From a virus, in IMG/VR virus record IMGVR_UViG_3300009156_000027: a DNA stretch of 64,000 nt; one strand, written 5' to 3'. The notes beneath the pieces are model-generated. The model was not told the origin of the DNA. It worked only from the letters and a program-made list of their open reading frames with translations, and searched no databases. The position numbers were made by a program, and so were the translations under genes. Of this stretch, positions 1-9,864 are shown piece by piece; the first letter of the stretch is position 1, and the number at the start of each line of letters is the position of its first letter.

Positions 1-1
1 T

Positions 2-1279
2 GGTGTGATCGTTGAAGACGAGACACCAGATATCGAGACGCCGTTTGAGGAAGCGTACGAAGCCTTGAATCGACGTCTTAAGATCTGGACCATCTTCCAG
101 CAGGCCGACATCCTGGCTGGAATGGGACACTACGCCGTGATCCTGATCGGTGCGCCGGGAAATCTCGACACGCCGTTGAAGAAGGTCAAAGGTCCGGACG
201 ACTTACTGTACCTGCAACCGTACTCCGAAGCCGATGCACCCGTTGCGACGTGGGACAACGATTTCAAGAGTCCTCGCTTCGGACAGCCAGTGATGTACAA
301 TCTGTCACGCCAGAATCCCACGACGTTGTCACCGATCATCACGAATGTGCAGCAAGGAAATAACCGAATGTCGGGTCGTCCGGTTCATTTCTCGCGAATC
401 ATTCACATTGCCGACGGATTGTTGGACGATCGCATCAACGGGATCCCTCGACTCGAACGTTGTTGGAACAATCTCGACGACCTTGACAAAATCACTGGTG
501 GTGGTGCGGAGGCCTTCTGGCGTCGTGCCGATGCGGGGTTTCAGGTCGACGTTGATCCGGAGATGGAACTCGAACCGGACGACGAGGCTCAACTCGACAA
601 CGAAATCGACGAGTACCTCCACGACCTTCGCCGGATTGTTCGCACTCGTGGTGTGAAGATGAATCCGTTGACCTCGCAGGTCGCCGGAATCAAGGATCCC
701 ATCGAAGGAGTCATGTCCCAAATCTCCGCCGGGACAGGAATTCCCCAGCGCATTCTGATGGGATCCGAACGAGGTCAGTTGGCGTCTACTCAAGACGACG
801 ACAATTGGACGGCACGTATCTCTGACCGTCGAAAGGATTATGCGAGTCCCGTTGTGGTTCATCCCACACTCGATCGGTTCATCGAAATCGGTGCATTGCC
901 GACTCCGAAACTCGACTACGAACCGAGGTGGCCGGAAATCGACGACTTGAACGATCTCCAGAAAGCAGAGGTCGCGAGCAAGTGGGCGGGAATCAATAAG
1001 GATATGGCACAAGTCGTGGTTCTGCCAGACGAGATTCGAGACCGACTGCTCGGACTGCCGCCGTTGGACGACATAGCGACTCCCGAACAACTTGACAATC
1101 CGAATCTGGTCCCAGTTGCTGCACGTCGGCGAGCGACCTTCGATCGGAAGTGGGCGGTCCTCTCTTATAATAAGAAGGTCGCTTATCTTCGAAAGAAGAT
1201 GCCGGAGAAATTCGCAAAGATGAAGTCGCTGATCGGAACCACCCCGAAGCGATTGCAGCGGAAAGGAGTGGTGGCTTGA
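2..1279 (+). CDS. Portal protein, DUF1073-like (5' truncated by window edge)
   Basis: Frame is open from the window edge. Motifs ADILAGMGHYAVILIG, H.SRIIH, IPQRILMGSERGQLASTQD match DUF1073-type portals. Lies directly upstream of the protease and capsid genes. Confidence 0.9.
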   Translation, partial: GVIVEDETPDIETPFEEAYEALNRRLKIWTIFQQADILAGMGHYAVILIGAPGNLDTPLKKVKGPDDLLYLQPYSEADAPVATWDNDFKSPRFGQPVMYNLSRQNPTTLSPIITNVQQGNNRMSGRPVHFSRIIHIADGLLDDRINGIPRLERCWNNLDDLDKITGGGAEAFWRRADAGFQVDVDPEMELEPDDEAQLDNEIDEYLHDLRRIVRTRGVKMNPLTSQVAGIKDPIEGVMSQISAGTGIPQRILMGSERGQLASTQDDDNWTARISDRRKDYASPVVVHPTLDRFIEIGALPTPKLDYEPRWPEIDDLNDLQKAEVASKWAGINKDMAQVVVLPDEIRDRLLGLPPLDDIATPEQLDNPNLVPVAARRRATFDRKWAVLSYNKKVAYLRKKMPEKFAKMKSLIGTTPKRLQRKGVVA

Positions 1280-2988
1280 AGGTAAAGGTCAATCGTAGTC
1301 TCCATCTGGTCAGCGCGACGTCTGCTGCTCGGAAGGAGACTTTTCGCGGGCGTGACTATCTCGCTATTCCGGTTGTCGCGCTTGTCGAAGGTGTCATCTG
1401 GCCTGTCAATGCGGAATCTCCGGAGTACGTGACGGCGGATGCGTACTCGATGGCTCCCGAAGGATGGAACGGACGGCCAGTGTTCCCGGGTCATCCGGTT
1501 CGAGGTGGCACCCAGGTTCTCGGGAATACTCCAGAGATCCTGGAGAAGGAACAATTCGGATACATCTTCAACGCTGGTGTCGTCGACGGCAAGCTTACGA
1601 TGGAAGCTTGGCTTAACGCCGAAGATGCCGAGGCAGCTGGTGAGCATGCAGTCGAGATCTACACTCGCGCCGAAGCGGGTGAGCCCATCGAGATCTCGGT
1701 TGGTGCAATTGTTTTGATGGAGGAGGTCGAAGGAGAATACAACGGAACAGCTTACAGCGGCAAGTGGCTCGAAGTCATTCCTGACCATCTCGCGTTGTTG
1801 CCAAACGGCGACATCGGTGCTTGTAGCATTTCGATGGGATGCGGAGTGAGGACCGCGACTGTCCATCGCATGGCAGCGAAAGGTTACGAGCTCGTGAACG
1901 GAAAGGAGAAAGAGGTGCCCGAGAAGGACAAGAAGGAGAAACCAGCGAGACGGTCGCTCAAGGACCGACTGCTGGCCTCGCTTCGAACGCTCGCGCCAGC
2001 CGGACGAAGTGACAGCGAAGTTCGATCCGAGTTGCTCGAAGCGCTCGAAGAGAAAGAACCTCGACTCGCCCTATACGGCTGGGTGGTCGACGTCTACGAA
2101 AACGAAGGTCTGGTCGTCTATTGCATGTACGACGAAGAGTACGACATGGACCTTTACGTTCGAGACTACAAGTGGGATGGCAAGACCGCGATCATCGGCG
2201 ATCTGTACGCCGAGGTCGAGGCCCACACGGTCTACGAAATCGAAGACGACGAAAACCAAGCGAACGAGGTTCTCATCACCCAGCTTCGTGCCGCTCAGAA
2301 GCTGACTCCGAAGACCGCAGCTGCGCCGTGTGGGTGCGGCAACAAAACCACCACGACCCCAACATCAGCAACCACAGGAGACACCGGAATGAAGACGAGA
2401 GACGAACGGATCACTGCGTTGATCGCCGCCAGCGCTGCCCTGGTCACGACCGGGAAGACGAAGACGGCGTACGCGGAAAGCGATCGGAAGTGGCTGACGG
2501 ACGTTCCCGATGCCCACTTCGAGACGATCGAGAAGGCGTGTTCGGCTGATGCGCCACCGCCCAACGACGGCAAACCGCATCCGAACGATGGTGGGACGAA
2601 GGAGATTCCGACCAAGCCCGCCGAACCGAAGCCGAAGGAGACCGTCGCCGAAGCCGCTCCGGAAACGCAGGAACAGTTCCTCGCGCGCAACCCGGAGATC
2701 AAGCGGATGGTCGATCGTCAGCTCGCCCAGGACAAGTCCCGTCGGACGTACCTGGTCGGCAAGCTGAAAACGGCGCAGACGGAGTACGACGAAGCGGCGC
2801 TCACCGGGATGCCGCTCGATGAACTCGAGCGTCTGGGTCGGTTGCTCAAGGCGACGGGACCGGAACCGGTGTCGGACTACTCCGGTATCGCGACCCCGCA
2901 CGAAGTGGCCGCGTCGGACAGCGCGCCGAAGGCTCCGGACTTCAATGCGGCGGTCCGGGCAGCGACGGGCAAGACCAAAGCCTCGTAG
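1276..2988 (+). CDS. Prohead protease/scaffold, DUF2213-like
   Basis: N-terminal VVALVEGV...WNGRPVFPGHP...PDHLALLP...GACS..GCG resembles DUF2213 maturation proteases; C-terminal low-complexity/coiled scaffold region; sits between portal and capsid genes. Confidence 0.8.
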   Translation: MKVKVNRSLHLVSATSAARKETFRGRDYLAIPVVALVEGVIWPVNAESPEYVTADAYSMAPEGWNGRPVFPGHPVRGGTQVLGNTPEILEKEQFGYIFNAGVVDGKLTMEAWLNAEDAEAAGEHAVEIYTRAEAGEPIEISVGAIVLMEEVEGEYNGTAYSGKWLEVIPDHLALLPNGDIGACSISMGCGVRTATVHRMAAKGYELVNGKEKEVPEKDKKEKPARRSLKDRLLASLRTLAPAGRSDSEVRSELLEALEEKEPRLALYGWVVDVYENEGLVVYCMYDEEYDMDLYVRDYKWDGKTAIIGDLYAEVEAHTVYEIEDDENQANEVLITQLRAAQKLTPKTAAAPCGCGNKTTTTPTSATTGDTGMKTRDERITALIAASAALVTTGKTKTAYAESDRKWLTDVPDAHFETIEKACSADAPPPNDGKPHPNDGGTKEIPTKPAEPKPKETVAEAAPETQEQFLARNPEIKRMVDRQLAQDKSRRTYLVGKLKTAQTEYDEAALTGMPLDELERLGRLLKATGPEPVSDYSGIATPHEVAASDSAPKAPDFNAAVRAATGKTKAS

Positions 2989-3053
2989 ACGGGGTTCGTT
3001 CGTTCGGGTTCTGAAGTTTCACTCGGTTTCGATTCACAAGGAGAGATTCAGAC

Positions 3054-3518
3054 ATGGCAAACGTTCCTCGTGCAGGACGGCGGCAGATCCTTCTCAAGGG
3101 TCGGCCCAATCAGAGCGAAGAGGGAATCGCCGGAGCCGTGATCCAGCCAGGTATGCTGGTTGACGGCGTCACGACGATCCTCCCTCACGCATCGGCGGGT
3201 GGCGTCGCACCGAAGTGCTTCGCTGCCGAACGCGACGAGATGGGTGCGGGCGTCGACGACTCGTACCAGTACGGTTACGCGCCCAGCGCGAACTACGCGA
3301 TCGGTGATTCGGTCAAGGTGCTCGCATGCGCACCTGGCGATCGTGTGTGCGTTCTCATTCCGTCGGGTCAGAACATCACGTCGAACGATCGACTCGAATC
3401 GAACGGCGACGGTATGATGCGCAAGTTCGCGGCCGGAACGATCCTCGCGCGTTCGCTCGAGACGTACGATGCGCGCAACGTCGTCGGCCCGATCTTGATC
3501 AAAGCGGAGGTGATGTAG
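3054..3518 (+). CDS. Head decoration/cement protein
   Basis: 154 aa small beta-rich protein between scaffold and major capsid gene; good SD (AAGGAG). Confidence 0.65.
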   Translation: MANVPRAGRRQILLKGRPNQSEEGIAGAVIQPGMLVDGVTTILPHASAGGVAPKCFAAERDEMGAGVDDSYQYGYAPSANYAIGDSVKVLACAPGDRVCVLIPSGQNITSNDRLESNGDGMMRKFAAGTILARSLETYDARNVVGPILIKAEVM

Positions 3519-3580
3519 CACCTCGTTCGGTTCAGCATTCACTTTCGGTTTGAGTTTCGTTTCCAAGGAGAAGCAGAGAC

Positions 3581-4612
3581 ATGAGAAAGCATCGCAATGA
3601 AGCGTCCATCTCGAGTGGTCGCGCCCTCATGCGAGGGAGCTCGGGAAAATGGGCGGGTGAGCGGCTTGCAGAAGCGGCACGACTCGGTCTGCCTCTGACC
3701 GCGCAAGTCCTCCGAACCAACAACACCCTGCGAAGGGACGAGTGGATCGAGTTCGACACCGCCGTTCTCGAGGAGTCGGTCATTCAGCTGAACGGCATCG
3801 CGGATCTCATCAACGGAAATCTGACTCGCCCAGTTCCGAACTCGCTCGGCAAGACGCTCTTCAGCTACGAGCGAGAGACGGACATGGACGATGCGCAGAT
3901 TTCCATGGATCCGGTCAGTCGGACCGACTACGATCGCGGGGACTTCGATCTGGCGAGCGTTCCCTTGCCGATCATCCACAAGGATTGGTTCCTGAACCTC
4001 CGTCGTCTCGCGTCCTCGCGCAGCGGCGGCGAACCGCTCGACACCACGACGGCGCGGCTGGCTGGTCGCAAGGTCACGGAGAAGTCTGAACAAGTTCTCT
4101 TCCAGGGTGCGGGCAAGTCGTTCGGTGGGTTTCCCATCTACGGCTACACTACGCACCCCAACCGGACGACCGTATCGTACGGTACCAACGGCAACTGGCT
4201 GAACACCAACACGGCGAAGACGGGCGAGAACATCCTCGCCGACGTTCTCACGATGTTGCTGGCAGCTCAGAACGCCCGCCACTACGGACCGTATTGGTTG
4301 TACGTCTCGAGGGATTCGGCAGTCAAGCTGTCCGGTGACTTCAAGACCAACACCCAGGGAACGATTCGTCAGCGGCTCCTCGAAGTCGAAGGCATCGACG
4401 CCGTCAAGTCCTCGGACAAGATGCCGGCGGCAACAGTGCTCCTCGTTCAGCACACGTCGGACGTCGTCCAGCTTCTCCAGGGCGAGACGTTGCAGAACGT
4501 TCAGTGGGACGTCGAAGGTGGTTTCCACATCAACTTCAAGACGTTCCAGATTCAGGTACCGCTGATCAAGGCGGACATCGCGGGTCGGTCAGGTATCGTT
4601 CACATGTCGTAG
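3581..4612 (+). CDS. Major capsid protein (HK97 fold, Linocin-M18/encapsulin-like)
   Basis: 343 aa; LRRDEWIEFD.AV, PLPIIHKDWFLNLRRL, YGYTTHPNR, HYGPYWLYV patterns; strong codon bias; SD AAGGAG. Confidence 0.88.
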   Translation: MRKHRNEASISSGRALMRGSSGKWAGERLAEAARLGLPLTAQVLRTNNTLRRDEWIEFDTAVLEESVIQLNGIADLINGNLTRPVPNSLGKTLFSYERETDMDDAQISMDPVSRTDYDRGDFDLASVPLPIIHKDWFLNLRRLASSRSGGEPLDTTTARLAGRKVTEKSEQVLFQGAGKSFGGFPIYGYTTHPNRTTVSYGTNGNWLNTNTAKTGENILADVLTMLLAAQNARHYGPYWLYVSRDSAVKLSGDFKTNTQGTIRQRLLEVEGIDAVKSSDKMPAATVLLVQHTSDVVQLLQGETLQNVQWDVEGGFHINFKTFQIQVPLIKADIAGRSGIVHMS

Positions 4613-4664
4613 TCCCCAAACCCGGTAGGGTGACCACCATCACCCCACCATTCGAAAGGCAGTT

Positions 4665-5063
4665 ATGGAAGCCACCACTTCTACGAAACCGTACCGTCTC
4701 AAGCACGGCATGAACCACTTCAACGCCGACACCGGTCGGATGGTCAAAGCTGGTGAGGTCGTCGAGCTTACACCGAACCAGGCGCGAGCGTTCCGGGACA
4801 AGTTCGTTGCTGCGGATCAACCGCTTCCTCCGCCACCGGACGAGGAGGAGAACCTCGACAACAACGAGGACGAGGAAGAAGAAGGATCTGATGAGGGTGA
4901 AGAGGACGACGAAGAAGAGGACGATGGAGACGACGACGATACGAATCTTCAAGGCAACGACAACGAAACCATCGAGCAGATCCGTGAGCGTCGCGCGCGC
5001 GAGAAGCAAGAACGTCTCGAAGAGAAACGACGCAAACGAGAACTGAAGAAAAAGAAGAAGTAG
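4665..5063 (+). CDS. Small head-associated protein with acidic linker and basic C-terminus
   Basis: Follows the capsid gene; N-terminal ~45 aa globular segment, then a D/E tract and K/R-rich end. Confidence 0.6.
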   Translation: MEATTSTKPYRLKHGMNHFNADTGRMVKAGEVVELTPNQARAFRDKFVAADQPLPPPPDEEENLDNNEDEEEEGSDEGEEDDEEEDDGDDDDTNLQGNDNETIEQIRERRAREKQERLEEKRRKRELKKKKK

Positions 5064-5078
5064 ACACGGAGGAGTCGG

Positions 5079-5699
5079 ATGCCTGTTACGATCGTCGAAA
5101 CACCGGGGGCTGTGAATGCGAACAGCTACGAGTCCCTGAATGAGTTCAAGGCGTACCTTGGACTCCGACTCCACGTTCCTGCTTCTGTGTCGGCGTTGTT
5201 GACTTCGGACCCAGACGAGATTCTTCCGAAGTCGCTGATCATGGCCACGAGAGGCCTCGATCAGATCTTCACCAGATTCAGAAAGCTCAACATCGTCGAA
5301 GGGAAGAACGGTATCATCAAGTTCTACGTCACTCGGCCATATTGGACTGGTTCGGTTGCGTCTGCTACACAGGCGTTGGCGTGGCCTCGAATCGGAATGT
5401 TCGATCGGAACGGGAACGCGATTGCCAGTACCGTCATCCCGCAAGAACTCAAGAACGCCGAATCGGAAATGGCGATCCTGGCGATCACAACGGATCTCAC
5501 GGCCGACAACCAAGTCGTCGCCCAAGGTATCACGTCAATCAAAGCGGGACCGGTTGCGCTTACCTTCAAAGACTTTATTCAGAAGCAACTGATTCCGGAT
5601 GCGGTCTCGTTGGCGTTGGTTCCGAGTTGGATCACCGACGAACTCGTTGAACAGATCCCGCAGGCGCAGTTCAGTACTCTCGGATCTCGGAGCTTCTGA
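5079..5699 (+). CDS. Head-tail adaptor (DnaT-like phage family)
   Basis: IVETPGAVNANSY...QALAWPR...IPQELKNA..E.A signature of the DnaT-like head-completion family. Confidence 0.8.
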   Translation: MPVTIVETPGAVNANSYESLNEFKAYLGLRLHVPASVSALLTSDPDEILPKSLIMATRGLDQIFTRFRKLNIVEGKNGIIKFYVTRPYWTGSVASATQALAWPRIGMFDRNGNAIASTVIPQELKNAESEMAILAITTDLTADNQVVAQGITSIKAGPVALTFKDFIQKQLIPDAVSLALVPSWITDELVEQIPQAQFSTLGSRSF

Positions 5700-5700
5700 T

Positions 5701-6105
5701 ATGGGTTTCGGTAGCATCATTCGGAACACGGCGCTCCCACTCACCAAGAGCTTGATTGGTGGGGACGACGGTTTCATGGACAACGTCACGATTGCGGCGT
5801 GGCAGGGAGACAGCGACGACGCGGGTAATGCTTCTTATGGTTCGCCGATGCCCTTTCAAGCGATTGTGGTTCGAAAGCAACAGCTCATTAAGAAGGCCGA
5901 TGGCCAAGAGGCCATGTCTCAGACCTACTTGGCATTTCTTGAAGAACTACCTAGTCATGGTGGTGCTAACGGTCGTCGGGAACCGCTTGATGAGCGTGAC
6001 ATTATTACTCTATCGGACGGGACTACTGGGCCCATCTTGAACATTGAAGGACTGATGGACGAGACCACGGCCGCACCGTTCCTGCTCGAGGTCTATCTTG
6101 GTTAA
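5701..6105 (+). CDS. Head-closure protein
   Basis: ATG immediately after the adaptor stop, in frame with ORF 5599-6105; 134 aa, D.ITL.DG motif; synteny. Confidence 0.6.
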   Translation: MGFGSIIRNTALPLTKSLIGGDDGFMDNVTIAAWQGDSDDAGNASYGSPMPFQAIVVRKQQLIKKADGQEAMSQTYLAFLEELPSHGGANGRREPLDERDIITLSDGTTGPILNIEGLMDETTAAPFLLEVYLG

Positions 6106-6745
6106 TCTCTGCGTGACGGTGCGAAACCGTTACGACATGATTCGGGCCATGTTGCTGTCCGCATTCGAAGGGACGGTGAAACCAGACCACGTCTACATTA
6201 TCGACAACGGCAAGTGCCCGGGACTTCTCATCCCAGAGCTCGAAGGAATTCCAAGTTGGACGATGGTTGACATTAGCGCGGACCCGGAACCGGGACAGTC
6301 ATGTTGGTCGCTCGCGCGATCGCTCAACTGGTTCATGACTCAAGTCCCTGAAGAACGGGTGATCGCACACGATGATTTGACCTTTGCACCGCATAGTATT
6401 GAGAAATTCATCTCCACTCCTGGCGCGTTTCTTCTGGACACGGCGCTTGGAGTGCTAACGTATCGAGACGAGTGTATCCGAGCGGTTGGTCTGAACGACG
6501 AGACGATCTCTCCGGGTTTCTATCGATACGAAGATTGCGATTACCAACATCGATTGGCGCTGGCTGGAATTCGTTGTACGTTGGTTGAGTGCGGCATTCG
6601 TCATACTCCCAATGGAACAATGCGAAAGTATACCGACGAGGAAATGCAAGACTACCTGCATCGACAGCATCAGGCCGCGGTCAACTATCACAACAAGTGG
6701 GGCAAGGGACCGGAACGCGATCCAGAAACTGGACAGTGGTGGTAA
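6098..6745 (+). CDS. Glycosyltransferase, GT-A fold (GT2-like)
   Basis: VYIIDNG, SLARSLN, IAHDD (DxD-like), G..DE......YEDCDY..RL motifs. Confidence 0.75.
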   Translation: MVNLCVTVRNRYDMIRAMLLSAFEGTVKPDHVYIIDNGKCPGLLIPELEGIPSWTMVDISADPEPGQSCWSLARSLNWFMTQVPEERVIAHDDLTFAPHSIEKFISTPGAFLLDTALGVLTYRDECIRAVGLNDETISPGFYRYEDCDYQHRLALAGIRCTLVECGIRHTPNGTMRKYTDEEMQDYLHRQHQAAVNYHNKWGKGPERDPETGQWW

Positions 6746-7437
6746 TGAAGATCGCGCTTGGGTCGATGTTTCGAGATTCTACGGGGTACCTTGATCGGTA
6801 CTTCGGACAAGTGGGACATTTGCGTTCTGTACTTGAGTCCCATGGACATTCATTGAAGTTATTCCTCGCCGAAGGAGATAGCGAAGATCGGACGTGGGAT
6901 CGACTTCAAGTCTATCTTTCAGATGGAGGATGGGATCATGCGCTACTAAAACGTGAGCATGGCAGTAAACATCCATGGCATTGGTCTGACGTACCTGAGC
7001 GTTGGAAAGCGATCTCATGGGTGTGTAATGGAATCATTGAATGCGTTCAGGGGGACCACGCAGTAGACGCATTCATCTACGTCGAATCAGATCTCGGATG
7101 GGATAGCCAGACCATGATCAAGTTGTTGTCTCATCTGGCGGACGTGCCGTCGGTTGCTCCGATGGCGTTCGCTGGAGACAACTTCTATGATCTCTGGGGT
7201 CACATTGGTATGGATGGGAAACACTTCGGTCCGTTTCCTCCATATCATCCGTCTCTCGTCCCAGGACAGTTAACCGAGATCTATTCGGCGGGTTCGTGCA
7301 TCCTCATGAGAGGAGACGTAGTGAGATCCGGTGTTCGTTGGGATTCGATCGACCACTGCAGAGGGTTGGGTCGGTCCATTCGAGAAGCCGGCTATTCCCT
7401 TTGGATTGATCCTGACTCACGGGTGGTGCACTATTGA
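6745..7437 (+). CDS. Glycosyltransferase, GT-A fold
   Basis: TAATG overlap with upstream stop; LAEGDSEDRT, YVESDL (DxD-like), SAGSCILMRG, W.DP...V.H motifs. Confidence 0.7.
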   Translation: MKIALGSMFRDSTGYLDRYFGQVGHLRSVLESHGHSLKLFLAEGDSEDRTWDRLQVYLSDGGWDHALLKREHGSKHPWHWSDVPERWKAISWVCNGIIECVQGDHAVDAFIYVESDLGWDSQTMIKLLSHLADVPSVAPMAFAGDNFYDLWGHIGMDGKHFGPFPPYHPSLVPGQLTEIYSAGSCILMRGDVVRSGVRWDSIDHCRGLGRSIREAGYSLWIDPDSRVVHY

Positions 7438-7751
7438 CTTCGGTTGTCGCGACCAAATGCGCTTCGCTCGACGAACTGTTCGAGGCCGAGAAGCCTGGAT
7501 CGTTCTGCATCAAGGAAGGAGAGAAGTGGTTTTACTGTGAGTGCCCATGTGGATGCGGACATCATATGAATCTGCCGATTCACAGGGCCGAAGAAACCGA
7601 TGGAAGAACTCCGTCGTGGATTTGGAACGGCGATCGTGACAAGCCAACGCTCCAACCGAGTATCCGAGATGTAGGGAGTTGTTTCTATCACGGTCACATT
7701 ACCGAAGGAGTGTGGACATTCGAAGGAGACAGCGGCGTTAACCCAAATTAG
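7434..7751 (+). CDS. DUF6527-like Cys/His metal-binding protein
   Basis: CPCGCG...W.WNG...PTLQPSI....C.YHGHI..G.W pattern. Confidence 0.65.
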   Translation: MTSVVATKCASLDELFEAEKPGSFCIKEGEKWFYCECPCGCGHHMNLPIHRAEETDGRTPSWIWNGDRDKPTLQPSIRDVGSCFYHGHITEGVWTFEGDSGVNPN

Positions 7752-7765
7752 GAGATCTCACCACC

Positions 7766-8668
7766 ATGAGAGCGTACATCGAGTTGCCACCCAACATGTC
7801 CAAGGCGATGGACAGAGTTGTTCGAGCGTTGAAAGTGCACGCACCTCGCCACGTGCAATTCGTGAAGAAAGAAGAAGACGCCGAGTTCGTGTTGATCCAC
7901 GTGATCGGCTACCCAGAGACTGTGGAGACCGTTAAGCGTTGCGTTGATCGTGGCCAGAAATACGGTATCGTCCAATACTGTATGCGTTCGACACAACGTC
8001 CAAACACACGTGATTGGATTGGCATGTGGCAGCACGCCGAAATCGTCTGGTCGTATTACGACCTTAAGGCATTGCTTGAACACGACCATCCGTCGATGTC
8101 ATCAGGAGTTCTCGACGATGGATGGGCGATTAAATTCTACATGTCGCCGCTCGGAGTAGATCCGATCTTCCTGAACACGGAACCGATCTACACGAAGATG
8201 CACACCATGTTGACTTCCGGCTTCGTGGCCGAGTCCGAGGGTGTTGCCGAAGTCTCTGCGGCGGTCAAGCAAATTGGTGGTCGCCACTTCCACCTTGGAC
8301 CAAAAGATGCAGCACCCAATGCAGACCTTTGGGGAATGGGGATCTCCGATCCTCAACTCGCCGATGTCTACGCTAGATGCTGCTGGGTTGCGGGGCTCAG
8401 ACGTTGTGAAGGTTTCGAGATGCCCGCAGCCGAAGGGCTTGTGTGTGGCGCGCGACCCATAATGTTTGACGCCCCGCACTACCGTCGCTGGTTCGAGCCG
8501 TGGGCGCAGTTTGTTCCCGAAGGAACCTTTGACGAAGTGGTCGCCGCGATCGTTGACATTTTCGAAGGCGGATTCAAAGTTCCGACCGACGACGAACGGA
8601 AAGCTGCTGTCGAACGATTCGATTGGAAGCGGATTATTCCACCGTTTTGGGAAGGAGTTGCCGCATGA
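7766..8668 (+). CDS. Glycosyltransferase, GT-B fold (GT4-like)
   Basis: EGFEMPAAEGLVCGARPI (EX7E motif) and terminal RFDW..I. Confidence 0.85.
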   Translation: MRAYIELPPNMSKAMDRVVRALKVHAPRHVQFVKKEEDAEFVLIHVIGYPETVETVKRCVDRGQKYGIVQYCMRSTQRPNTRDWIGMWQHAEIVWSYYDLKALLEHDHPSMSSGVLDDGWAIKFYMSPLGVDPIFLNTEPIYTKMHTMLTSGFVAESEGVAEVSAAVKQIGGRHFHLGPKDAAPNADLWGMGISDPQLADVYARCCWVAGLRRCEGFEMPAAEGLVCGARPIMFDAPHYRRWFEPWAQFVPEGTFDEVVAAIVDIFEGGFKVPTDDERKAAVERFDWKRIIPPFWEGVAA

Positions 8669-9864
8669 GGAAACTCCTTTTCTGCGGTGATGCCGCGTGT
8701 CCGAGTGGGTTCGCCCGTTCGACGCACAAGCTGTGCGACTACTTGGACTATCGAGCGAATCCGGACAACCCGCATCCGTGGGAAGTCCACGTCATGGGTT
8801 TGAACTATCGGGGAGATCCGCATCCATATAAGTACGACATCTGGCCAGCGAAGTTGAAGGATCGAGAGGACCTCTTCGGCCAGATGCTGATCCCGGACCT
8901 CATCCAGAAAATTCGACCGGATGTTGTGGCCGTTCAAAATGACCCGTGGAATTTTTGGCGATACCTCGATGTTCTTCGCAATGTACCGGTTGTTGGTATC
9001 GTTGCGATCGACGGAAAGAATGTCCAAGGTCGCCAGTTGAATGGTCTCCACGCGGCGGTCTTCTGGACCAAATTCGGTGCGGATCAAGCGATGCTCGGTG
9101 GATTCAGTGGACCGTACGCAGTCATTCCACTTGGTGTCGATCTGGATACCTACAAGCCGATGGACAAAGACGAGGCTAGAAAGCTGTTCTTCCAACCGAA
9201 CGATTACGACAGCGGTTTGAAGGACGCGTTCATTGTCTCGAACGTAAATCGCAACCAACCGAGGAAGCGATTCGACTTGTCGATTTCCTACTTCGCTGAA
9301 TGGATTAAGTCTCGGAAGATCACGGACGCGTATCTCCATCTCCATGTCGCACCGACCGGCGATGTGGGATATGACTGTCATCAACTCGCAGTCTACTACG
9401 GGATTGCGAACCGTCTCATCCTCTCAGATTCCGAAGTCTGGAAGGGTGTGACCGAAGAAGTGCTCGCCCGAAACTACAACATCGCCGACCTTGGGATTTC
9501 TACTTCCCAGGGAGAGGGCTTTGGTTTGACGACGGCAGAAATGATGGCGTGCGAGATTCCGAATCAAGTACCTGACAACGCGGCTTTGGGAGAGTGGCCT
9601 GAAGACACCGTAGTCAAGATACCGTGTTCGGAGATCGCCGTCACACTCAATCGCGTCAACATCGTTGGTAGTCTGGCGGATCGGCAGCCGTTCATCGAAG
9701 GTCTAGACCGATTTTATCGAGATTCGGATATGAGAAAGGATTACGGTAAGCGCGGGCGCGCGTTAATTGAACGTCCAAACTTCCGCTGGTCGGATATCGG
9801 TGCGAAGTTCGCCGAAGTTCTTGAAGCGGCGACGGATGTGCTCGGAGTGAAAACGATACGCTGA
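8665..9864 (+). CDS. Glycosyltransferase, GT-B fold (GT4-like)
   Basis: ATGA overlap; GFAR, PLGVD...YKP, VNRNQPRKR, EGFGLTTAEMMAC (EX7E), F.WS.I motifs. Confidence 0.9.
   Translation: MRKLLFCGDAACPSGFARSTHKLCDYLDYRANPDNPHPWEVHVMGLNYRGDPHPYKYDIWPAKLKDREDLFGQMLIPDLIQKIRPDVVAVQNDPWNFWRYLDVLRNVPVVGIVAIDGKNVQGRQLNGLHAAVFWTKFGADQAMLGGFSGPYAVIPLGVDLDTYKPMDKDEARKLFFQPNDYDSGLKDAFIVSNVNRNQPRKRFDLSISYFAEWIKSRKITDAYLHLHVAPTGDVGYDCHQLAVYYGIANRLILSDSEVWKGVTEEVLARNYNIADLGISTSQGEGFGLTTAEMMACEIPNQVPDNAALGEWPEDTVVKIPCSEIAVTLNRVNIVGSLADRQPFIEGLDRFYRDSDMRKDYGKRGRALIERPNFRWSDIGAKFAEVLEAATDVLGVKTIR

Noticed and set aside
3539-4528. 329-aa antisense ORF over the capsid gene (similar cases at 329-1090, 4566-5525, 8479-9384, 32499-33722, 49402-50172)
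   Set aside because: Fully antisense to motif-supported genes; expected from GC3-biased codon usage; no SD or motifs.
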